Part shown: in pieces, positions 56,578 through 64,000 of the stretch | How the letters are laid out: every line of letters starts with the position of its first letter | Position numbering within the stretch: the stretch's first letter is position 1 | Source of the DNA: Blastocatellia bacterium | GTDB taxonomy: Bacteria > Acidobacteriota > Blastocatellia > UBA7656 | Length of the DNA stretch: 64,000 nt | Direction of reading: 5' to 3' | Assembly (NCBI GenBank): GCA_963765495.1 | Contig: CAVXWP010000007.1 | Coordinates: 736,001-800,000, forward strand | Program-made: the position numbers and the translations under genes | Notes under the pieces: generated by a model | The model's database searches: none | Told to the model about the DNA's origin: nothing | Seen by the model: only the letters and a program-made list of their open reading frames with translations

Positions 56578-58557
56578 ATGAAACACTTCGATAAAATCCT
56601 GATCGCCAATCGCGGAGAAATCGCCCTGCGCGTCATGCGTACCTGCCGCGCTCTGGGCATCGCCTCCGTAGCCGTTTACTCGGATGCCGACGCCCGCTCG
56701 CCTCACGCGCGGTTTGCCGATGAGGCCGCCCGCATAGGGGTGTCTGCGAGCGCCGCGTCTTATTTGAATATCGAAAAGATCATCGAGGCCGCGAAAAAGA
56801 CGGGCGCGGAAGCGATTCATCCGGGCTACGGGTTTCTTTCCGAGAATGCCGATTTCGCCGATGCCTGCGCGAGCGCCGGTATAGTATTCATAGGCCCTGC
56901 CTCTGATGCGATTCGCAAGATGGGTCTGAAAAGCGCGGCCAGAAGACTGGTGGCCGAAGCGGGCGTTCCAATCGTCCCCGGCTATGACGGCGAAGATCAG
57001 AGCCTTGAGACTTTGCGCGACGGGATTTTTCGCGCAGGGCTCCCGGTATTGATAAAAGCCTCGGCGGGAGGCGGTGGCCGGGGCATGCGTGTGGTCCGCG
57101 ATGCGGGTGAAATACAAGACGCCATACAATCGGCAAGGCGCGAAGCTGAAAAGGCATTCGGTGACGGCTCGCTCCTGGTCGAAAAATATATCGAGCAGGC
57201 GCGTCACATCGAGTTCCAGATTCTGGGCGACGAGTACGGCAATTTGATTCACCTCTTTGAGCGCGACTGCTCTATTCAAAGGCGTCACCAGAAGATTATC
57301 GAAGAGAGCCCCTCGCCTGTGATGACTGCTGAGTTAAGAGAAGAGATGGGAAGGATGGCTGTCGAAGTCGGGCGCGCAATAAATTATTCGAATGCCGGAA
57401 CGGTTGAATTTATCCTCGCGCCTTCTGGAGAGTTTTACTTTATCGAGGTCAATACCCGTTTGCAGGTCGAGCATCCTGTGACCGAGATGATAACCGGGCT
57501 TGATCTTGTGCGGCTGCAAATCGAGATCAGTGAAGGCAGGCGTCTTGAGATTGCGCAGGAAGATATCAAATCAAACGGTCACGCCATCGAAGCCAGGCTC
57601 TATGCCGAAGACCCCGACAACGGTTTTCTGCCCTCGACGGGGAAAATCCATTCCTGGGAATCCCCTTCGTTTATCGAAGGATTGCGGCTGGATTCAGGCA
57701 TCGAACAGGGAACCGAAATCGGCATCCATTATGACCCGATGCTTGCAAAACTGATCGCGCACGCGCCGGATCGAATAACGGCGCTCAGAAAGCTCGGCTA
57801 CGGATTGAAGAGATTATCAATCCAGGGCGTCGAGACTAACCGGAATTTCCTGATTCGCCTGCTCGAACATGAGGCCTTTCGCCGGGGAGAGTATCACACC
57901 GCCTTTATCGAGGATCATCAGACGGAATTGATCGGCAAGAAGGACGCGGGCCGTGATATGGTCGCGGCCATAGCGGTGGCGCTGTATCTGCAAGAGAGCA
58001 GACAAACAAAGAGCGCTTTACTTTCGCGCATCCCTGCCAACTATCGCAACAATCCTTTCCGCGCCCCGTCGGTAAAGTTGCAGGCGGGCGGTGAAGCGTT
58101 TGATGTTCTCTACCGCGAGGTTGAGGGCAAGAGGTTTGAGGTCAACTGCCGGGATTCGCAATTTCAAGTCGAGGTGTTATTCTTTCAGCCGGGGAGCATT
58201 CGCCTCTCAATTGACGGCATTCAGCGATTGTTTCAAATCGCGCAGGCGGGCAATCGTTTCTTTGTTCACTCGTCTGTGGGCTCGCAGACGGTGACGCGTC
58301 TTGAAAGGTATCCGAAGCGCGAGGGCGTTTCCGATAAGGAAGTCGCAAGCGCCCCGATGCCCGGCAGAATATTGAAGATTTTGATAACCGAAGGCCAGCA
58401 GGTCGCCGAAGGAGATGCCTTGATCGTACTCGAAGCGATGAAGATGGAACAGACCATCAAGGCCGCGAGAAACGGTAAGGTCGAAGCGATTCTTGTCGGG
58501 GAAGGCGACGTAGTTTCCCCGGGCGAGATGCTGCTTCAAATAACTTCGCACGAATAG
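56578..58557 (+). CDS. Acyl-CoA carboxylase alpha (biotin carboxylase plus biotin carrier)
   Basis: [10 protein letters not shown]; [10 protein letters not shown]; RLQVEH; EAMKM. Confidence 0.93.
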   Translation: MKHFDKILIANRGEIALRVMRTCRALGIASVAVYSDADARSPHARFADEAARIGVSASAASYLNIEKIIEAAKKTGAEAIHPGYGFLSENADFADACASAGIVFIGPASDAIRKMGLKSAARRLVAEAGVPIVPGYDGEDQSLETLRDGIFRAGLPVLIKASAGGGGRGMRVVRDAGEIQDAIQSARREAEKAFGDGSLLVEKYIEQARHIEFQILGDEYGNLIHLFERDCSIQRRHQKIIEESPSPVMTAELREEMGRMAVEVGRAINYSNAGTVEFILAPSGEFYFIEVNTRLQVEHPVTEMITGLDLVRLQIEISEGRRLEIAQEDIKSNGHAIEARLYAEDPDNGFLPSTGKIHSWESPSFIEGLRLDSGIEQGTEIGIHYDPMLAKLIAHAPDRITALRKLGYGLKRLSIQGVETNRNFLIRLLEHEAFRRGEYHTAFIEDHQTELIGKKDAGRDMVAAIAVALYLQESRQTKSALLSRIPANYRNNPFRAPSVKLQAGGEAFDVLYREVEGKRFEVNCRDSQFQVEVLFFQPGSIRLSIDGIQRLFQIAQAGNRFFVHSSVGSQTVTRLERYPKREGVSDKEVASAPMPGRILKILITEGQQVAEGDALIVLEAMKMEQTIKAARNGKVEAILVGEGDVVSPGEMLLQITSHE

Positions 58558-58585
58558 ATTTCAGGCAATCATTGGAGGAAAAGTA

Positions 58586-59758
58586 ATGTCACAGGCAAAG
58601 TTACAACCTACCGAACCCGAGTACCCGTATTTCACCGAAGAGCACGCAATGTTTCGCGAGACGGTGAAAAAATTCTGTCAGGCAGAGATCGCGCCGCACA
58701 CGGAAGAATGGGACGAGGCCGGGATATTTCCTAAAGAATTATTCAAGAAAGCAGGCGATCTCGGGTTTTTCGGAATCAGGCTGGACCCGCGATGGGGAGG
58801 GCTCGGGTTGGACTGGTGGGCGACCGCCGCTTATCTGGAAGGTCTCTCTTATGCAAACAACGGTGGTGTGACTATGGCGCTGATGGTCCAATCAGACATC
58901 ACGCTTCCGGTGCTTGCCGAGCTTGGCACCGACGAACAAAACGAAGAGTTTCTCAAACCCGCGATAGCAGGCGACCGCGTTGCCGCGCTCGGCATCAGCG
59001 AGCCGGGCGGCGGCTCGGATGTAGGCGCGCTCAAGACCCGCGCCCGCGAGGAAGGCGACGAACTTGTCATCTCAGGTCAGAAGCTCTGGATAACAAACGG
59101 GACGAGAGCCGACTTTATGATTCTCGCCGTTCGCACGGGCGAAGAGAGATACAAAGGCATTTCGATGGTGCTCTTCCCGACCGATGTGAAGGGATTTTCA
59201 GTAGGCAAGAAGCTGAAGAAAGTAGGCAACCTCTCTTCCGACACGGCGGAGCTTTTCTTCGACAACGCAAGAATTCCAAGGCGTTACGTTTTAGGAGAGA
59301 TAGGCAAAGGCTTTTACTACACGATGCACAATTTCCAGGGCGAGCGGCTGGCGTCGGCGCTGGGTGCGGTCGCGGCGATGGAACGCGCTATGGAGTATGC
59401 AATCGCTTACGGCAAAGAGCGCAAGGCGTTCGGCCAGCCGATAGGCGAATTTCAGGTGTGGCGACACCGCTTCGCCGAGCATCTGACCAGCATCGAAGCG
59501 GCGAAATGGCTGACCTATCGCGCGGTGGACCTTTTAAATCACGGTCAGCGCGCCGTACGCGAAATCACTATGGCCAAGCTCTACACGAGCGAATTATCTC
59601 AGCGAGTGATGTACGATTGCATGCAGATTTTCGGCGGATTCGGCTACACCACGGAATACCCCATCAGCCGGTTCTGGCGCGATGTGCGGTTGCACACAAT
59701 CGGCGCGGGCGCGTCTGAAATAATGAAAGAGATACTTGTGAAAGAAGAGAAGCTGTAA
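58586..59758 (+). CDS. Acyl-CoA dehydrogenase (AtuD/LCAD-like)
   Basis: [10 protein letters not shown]; WITNG; DTAELFF; RKAFG; GGFGY; IGAGASEIM. Confidence 0.92.
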   Translation: MSQAKLQPTEPEYPYFTEEHAMFRETVKKFCQAEIAPHTEEWDEAGIFPKELFKKAGDLGFFGIRLDPRWGGLGLDWWATAAYLEGLSYANNGGVTMALMVQSDITLPVLAELGTDEQNEEFLKPAIAGDRVAALGISEPGGGSDVGALKTRAREEGDELVISGQKLWITNGTRADFMILAVRTGEERYKGISMVLFPTDVKGFSVGKKLKKVGNLSSDTAELFFDNARIPRRYVLGEIGKGFYYTMHNFQGERLASALGAVAAMERAMEYAIAYGKERKAFGQPIGEFQVWRHRFAEHLTSIEAAKWLTYRAVDLLNHGQRAVREITMAKLYTSELSQRVMYDCMQIFGGFGYTTEYPISRFWRDVRLHTIGAGASEIMKEILVKEEKL

Positions 59759-59867
59759 GGCGTGAGGCAAGTGATGCAAGATAAAAGAGGGGGGCATTTC
59801 AGGCAGAATATGGACATGTTGATCGGTATTTTCGCTGACTTCACGCCTCACGCCTCACGCCTCACGC
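59759..59867. repeat. Heptamer cassette (GCGTGAG / CTCACGC), related to family C
   Basis: GGCGTGAGGC left arm; (TCACGCC)x4 right arm; lies between convergent genes. Confidence 0.7.
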
Positions 59868-59873
59868 GTCTAC

Positions 59874-62348
59874 CTATTCATAGCGGAGCGCGACCATCGG
59901 GTCCACCTTTGTGGCTCGGCGAGCCGGAATGTAACTGGCCACAAGAGCAACCGTCCCAAGCAATAATGATACGCCGATAAAGGTCGCCCGGTCGGTCGTG
60001 GTCACATCGTAGAGCTGGCTTGCGAGGATGCGGCTCATCACCGAAGCCAGCGCCAGTCCCATCGTCAGACCTCCGGCGGTTAAGAGAATCCCCTCGCCCA
60101 TGACCATCTTTATCACATCTCGTTTCTGTGCGCCGAGCGCCATGCGAATCCCTATTTCACGGGTGCGGCCCGCGACCCCCTGAGTCATTACGCCGTAAAT
60201 GCCTATTGCCGAGAGCAGCAACGCAAGCCCCGCAAAGACGGCCAGCAGAAACGCGCTGAACCTCGTCTTTGATGTCGCGTCACCTATTCGGTCTTCCATA
60301 GTTCGGATGTCGTAGGTGGGCACGTTCTTGTCGAGCGCAAAAACTGCCTGACGCACCGATGCGATCATCCCTGCGGGATCGCCTTCGGTTCGGGCTATGA
60401 CGAAGTTGGGCGATTCGGTGGGTTGCAGATAAGGCAGATAAATTTCGGGCTCTGCCGATTCATCAGCCTTGCCGTATTTTACATCGCCCGCGATCCCGAC
60501 TATCTCTGCAAACTCGTTTTGTTCCCACCCGACGCTCAGCCATATCTGTTTCCCTACGGGGTCAATGCCAGCCCAGTATCTGTGCGCCGCCGTCTCGTTG
60601 ATAATGGCTACCCGAGGGCTTCCTTCCCGGTCCTGACCGTTAAAGCTTCTGCCTTTGAGCAGAGGGATTTTGAGCGTCTTGAAGTAATCAGCGCCTACGG
60701 CGTGGACACCTGTCGTCAGCCTGCTGCCGTCATCGGCCTGATCCTTTAGCTTTAGAATTGCCTTTGCGGAGTTGCTCGACAGCGGCGTGGAAGAGGCCAG
60801 GGTGGCCGATTGTATGCCGGGTATCGTTTGCACGCGTGTGAGCAGTTGTTCGTAAAGCGTGTCGGGAGTCTTCTTTGGAAGCTGAATTTTCAAGGTCAGC
60901 AGGTTGGCAGGCTCAAATCCGATGGGGAGGGCGTGCAGACGGGCAAAGCTTTTTATCATCAACCCCGCGCCGATCAAAAGCACAACGGCAAGCGCGAGTT
61001 CTGTGACGATAAGAAGATTCTTAAGGTTGAGGCGGCGAAACCTGCCGGGTGTTTTCGATAAGCCGGGCACTCCCTCTTTCAAGGAATCGCTGACGCCTGT
61101 CTTTGAGGCTTGCAGAGCGGGCGCGATGCCAAATATGAGGCCCGTCACAACCGACAGCAGGAGGTTGAATACAAGAACCTGAGAATCGATTTTGGCGGCG
61201 CTGAAATCAACTGCCTGTAACGGAATGCCGCTGATGGTCAAGTTACTTGCGGGCTTGAAGGCGCTCAGAATTTCAACGCCCCAAAGAGCTATGAGTAAAC
61301 CCGCGAGGCCGCCTGCAAGGGCGAGCACCATGCTTTCGGTCAACAACTGGCGGATCAGGCGCGCGCGACTTGCGCCGAGAGCGAGGCGAATGGCGATCTC
61401 CTTTCTGCGAGATACGCCCCTCGACATCAACAGGCTCGCGATATTCAGGCACGCTATCAGCAGCACAAATCCGACCGCGCCAAAGAGTATCAGGATAGAT
61501 TTTCTGATCGCGGGATCAATCTTCGCCTCACTGAAGGCGACTACGCGGAGGTGCTCAGGTTCAGGGGCCGGTCCCCACGCGGCAGGCCACGGCACGGCTT
61601 CATCAATCTTCTGTTCGACCGTGCCCATCGCGGCCTGAGCCTGAGCCTGTGTGACGCCCGGCTTGAGACGCGCTATGACTTCGTGCCACGACGCGAAGGG
61701 AGACGAAAGCCGCTTTGCAAACGTCAGCGCCGGAGCCATCATCATTGGAACCCAGACTTCGGCTTCATTGGATTGGCCCTTGAATCCTTTTGGCATAACA
61801 CCGACGATTGTGAACGGCACTTTGTTAAGACTGATATTCTGGCCCAGCACGCCGGGATTGCCGCCAAATCTTCGCTGCCAGAGCCCGTATCCGATAAGGG
61901 CGACCGCGCTCGCGCCCGGCGTTTGATCTTCCTCGGGTGTGAAAACGCGTCCGGCGGAGGGGCTTATACCGAGCACAGGGAAATAGTCGGCAGAGACGAT
62001 CTCTGTCTGTAATCGCTCCGGGTCTTCGGTATCTGTGAGCGGGAAATTCTGATCGCTGAAGGCAGCCACCTGCTCGAATATCTCGTTTTGATCACGCAGG
62101 GCTTCGTACTTTGGATAAGACCAGGGAAGGGACTGGCCGGGCACCTCTGCGCTGGTTCTTTCAATCATCATCAACCGCGCGGGCTCCTTATAAGGCAGCG
62201 GCTTGAGAAGCGCGGCGTTTACTACGCTGAATATGGATGAATTGGCTCCTATTCCGAGCGCGAGCGAAATAACGGCCACCACGGTAAAACCGGGACTGGC
62301 CCCAAGCATCCGCAATCCATAACGAAGGTCTTGCCAGAGTGTTTGCAT
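59874..62348 (-). CDS. ADOP/MacB-FtsX duplicated ABC permease
   Basis: MQTLWQDLRYGLRML..PGF; DPMVALRYE; GGGGGT RBS. The ORF-track extension (TQNSKL) is repeat-derived. Confidence 0.92.
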   Translation of the reverse strand: MQTLWQDLRYGLRMLGASPGFTVVAVISLALGIGANSSIFSVVNAALLKPLPYKEPARLMMIERTSAEVPGQSLPWSYPKYEALRDQNEIFEQVAAFSDQNFPLTDTEDPERLQTEIVSADYFPVLGISPSAGRVFTPEEDQTPGASAVALIGYGLWQRRFGGNPGVLGQNISLNKVPFTIVGVMPKGFKGQSNEAEVWVPMMMAPALTFAKRLSSPFASWHEVIARLKPGVTQAQAQAAMGTVEQKIDEAVPWPAAWGPAPEPEHLRVVAFSEAKIDPAIRKSILILFGAVGFVLLIACLNIASLLMSRGVSRRKEIAIRLALGASRARLIRQLLTESMVLALAGGLAGLLIALWGVEILSAFKPASNLTISGIPLQAVDFSAAKIDSQVLVFNLLLSVVTGLIFGIAPALQASKTGVSDSLKEGVPGLSKTPGRFRRLNLKNLLIVTELALAVVLLIGAGLMIKSFARLHALPIGFEPANLLTLKIQLPKKTPDTLYEQLLTRVQTIPGIQSATLASSTPLSSNSAKAILKLKDQADDGSRLTTGVHAVGADYFKTLKIPLLKGRSFNGQDREGSPRVAIINETAAHRYWAGIDPVGKQIWLSVGWEQNEFAEIVGIAGDVKYGKADESAEPEIYLPYLQPTESPNFVIARTEGDPAGMIASVRQAVFALDKNVPTYDIRTMEDRIGDATSKTRFSAFLLAVFAGLALLLSAIGIYGVMTQGVAGRTREIGIRMALGAQKRDVIKMVMGEGILLTAGGLTMGLALASVMSRILASQLYDVTTTDRATFIGVSLLLGTVALVASYIPARRATKVDPMVALRYE

Positions 62349-62364
62349 GGTACCCCCTTTATTT

Positions 62365-62578
62365 AGTTTTGAGTTTTGAGTTTTGAGTTTTGAATTTTGA
62401 GTAGGCATGTAGAAGTAATCCGGCAAATTGTGCTGAAGCGAGCAAGCCAGAGGCAAGAAGCCGAATGCGTATATGAATAGGTGGTTCCCGACTCCGGCAC
62501 TTTTACCGAAAACTCAAAACTCAAAACTCAAAACTCAAAACTCAAAACTCAAAATTCAAAACTCAAAACTCAAAACTC
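62365..62578. repeat. Inverted heptamer cassette (AGTTTTG / CAAAACT), family E
   Basis: About 5 units at 62365-62402, a 106-bp spacer, then 10 units at 62509-62578. Confidence 0.92.
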
Positions 62579-62593
62579 CCCGCTCATTACTTC

Positions 62594-64000
62594 CTACTCA
62601 TAGCGTAGCGCGACCATAGGGTCTACGCGGGTGGCGCGGCGAGCGGGGATGTAACTTGCTAGCAGCGCCGCTATTGCGAGCAGAACGGATACGCTCGCAA
62701 AGGTAAGGAAGTCTGTAGCGCTGACTTCGTAAAGCAAATCGGAAAGCAGACGTGTAAGGGCAAATGAGGCGGCAAGACCTGCTGCGATCCCCGCGAGCGC
62801 AAGCATCAACCCCTGGCCGACTACAAGTTTCAGCACATCCGTGGTCTTTGCGCCGAGCGCCATTCGTATGCCTATTTCGTGGGTCCGCTGAGTGACCGAG
62901 TAAGACATCACACCGTAAATCCCCACAAGCGCAAGCCCCAGCGCGAGGGTTGCAAACAGCCCCAGCAGCAACGTGTTGAATCGCCTCTGCGAGATGGAAT
63001 CCGACAGGTATTGATTCATAGTCATTGCTTCATCAATAGGCTGGTCTTTATCAATGGATTGTATCTCGCTTCGCACCGCAGAAAGCATGCTCTCGGAATC
63101 CGTGTGAGTGCGTATGGCGAGCGTCAGCGAAGGTTTTGGGCGCTGGAGATAAGGGAGATATATTTCAGGCTCGGCCTTTTCATCCAGGCTCGCATGCCTG
63201 ATGTCTGAAACTACGCCGACGATTGAATACCATTGATTGGTCTTCGCGTCCCACGACACGCGTTTGCCGATAGGGTCTTCATCACGGAAAAACAGCCGCG
63301 CAAGGGATTGATTGATTATGGCTACGCCAGCCGCTTTTTCATTATCCATATCGGTGAAATCGCGCCCCTTGATAAAACTGATCCCCATTGTGGAGAAGTA
63401 ATCGGGGCTGATGGCTCGGTTGCCCGCCATCATCTTTTCGTCCGGGGGTGGCGCGGGACGCCCTTCTATATCGAACCCCGACGTAGACATCCCGCCGCTC
63501 AAGGGCAGTTCACTCGTCGCGCCGACAGCTTCTACGCCGGGCAATGCCCTGACCTTGTTTATCGCTTCCTGAAAGAAGCCCGCGATCTGATGCTTTTCCG
63601 GGTATCTGGATTCGGAGAGAGAGAGATTGAGGGTAAGAATATTGTCGGTCCTGAATCCGGGATCGACCTGTTGCAGACGGATGAAACTCCTGAGCATCAG
63701 CCCCGCGCCTACGAGCAGGAGAAGCGACAGCGCGATTTCCGTAGTCACGAGTATGCTGCGTATGCGATTGTTGCGAAGGCTTGAGGTCGCGCCCCTCGCT
63801 CCGTCCTTTAGCACTTCGGTCAGATTTGGCTTTGAAGCCTGTAGCGCAGGAACAAGGCCGAAAATCAATCCGGTGGCAACCGACACGGCGAAAGTGAAGA
63901 GCAGCACCCATCTATCAAGCCCTATTTCGTTTAACCGGGGAATATCCTGCGGGCCGATTGCGGCCAGCCCGTCAACCGCCCACATGGCCAGAAGCAATCC
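62594..64000 (-). CDS. ADOP/MacB-FtsX ABC permease, 5'-truncated by window edge
   Basis: LLVGAGLMLRSF; EIGIRMALGA; DPMVALRYE. Confidence 0.9.
   Translation of the reverse strand, partial: GLLLAMWAVDGLAAIGPQDIPRLNEIGLDRWVLLFTFAVSVATGLIFGLVPALQASKPNLTEVLKDGARGATSSLRNNRIRSILVTTEIALSLLLLVGAGLMLRSFIRLQQVDPGFRTDNILTLNLSLSESRYPEKHQIAGFFQEAINKVRALPGVEAVGATSELPLSGGMSTSGFDIEGRPAPPPDEKMMAGNRAISPDYFSTMGISFIKGRDFTDMDNEKAAGVAIINQSLARLFFRDEDPIGKRVSWDAKTNQWYSIVGVVSDIRHASLDEKAEPEIYLPYLQRPKPSLTLAIRTHTDSESMLSAVRSEIQSIDKDQPIDEAMTMNQYLSDSISQRRFNTLLLGLFATLALGLALVGIYGVMSYSVTQRTHEIGIRMALGAKTTDVLKLVVGQGLMLALAGIAAGLAASFALTRLLSDLLYEVSATDFLTFASVSVLLAIAALLASYIPARRATRVDPMVALRYE

Noticed and set aside
58792-59718. 308-aa alternative-frame ORF inside the acyl-CoA dehydrogenase
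   Set aside because: Arg-rich off-frame translation with no independent support.
62349-62456. N-terminal extension (TQNSKLKTQNSKL) of the ADOP permease, and similar extensions of clpB, clpP, biotin carboxylase and the second desulfurase
   Set aside because: These are translations of intergenic heptamer repeats; family N-termini and RBS positions support the downstream starts.
1278-62578. Repeat cassettes as CRISPR arrays
   Set aside because: No run of identical 25-40-bp repeats separated by unique spacers, and no cas genes.

Overview
Gene-dense bacterial chromosomal window. Taxonomy is probably Acidobacteriota (Blastocatellia-like), inferred from three ADOP/MacB permeases, wHTH-TolB-TPR regulators, a DUF4097 gene and a SpoIVB/beta-propeller pair. 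I find about 42 CDSs and no rRNA, tRNA, CRISPR array or transposase. Housekeeping content: a divergent RpoD-like sigma factor (5'-truncated), dnaE, two cysteine desulfurases plus IscU, thiL, trpD, infA, a dnaJ-clpB-(aeRF1-like)-clpP-hsp20-lon cluster, and acyl-CoA carboxylase/dehydrogenase genes. Main observations: (1) a five-gene operon of uncharacterised exported proteins including an outer-membrane barrel, divergent from two membrane-anchored wHTH-TPR regulators with a 4x11-bp direct-repeat operator, a candidate new surface/secretion system; (2) an orphan infA that appears to start at AUU; (3) many intergenic cassettes of inverted 7- or 9-bp tandem repeats, two families with conserved oriented cores; (4) an aeRF1/Balon-like gene inside the chaperone-protease cluster; (5) tandem NrdR-like and DnaA boxes before dnaE; (6) a DUF4062-STAND-TPR NLR-like protein with an altered Walker A. 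All family calls come from motif recognition by eye; no database search was run.
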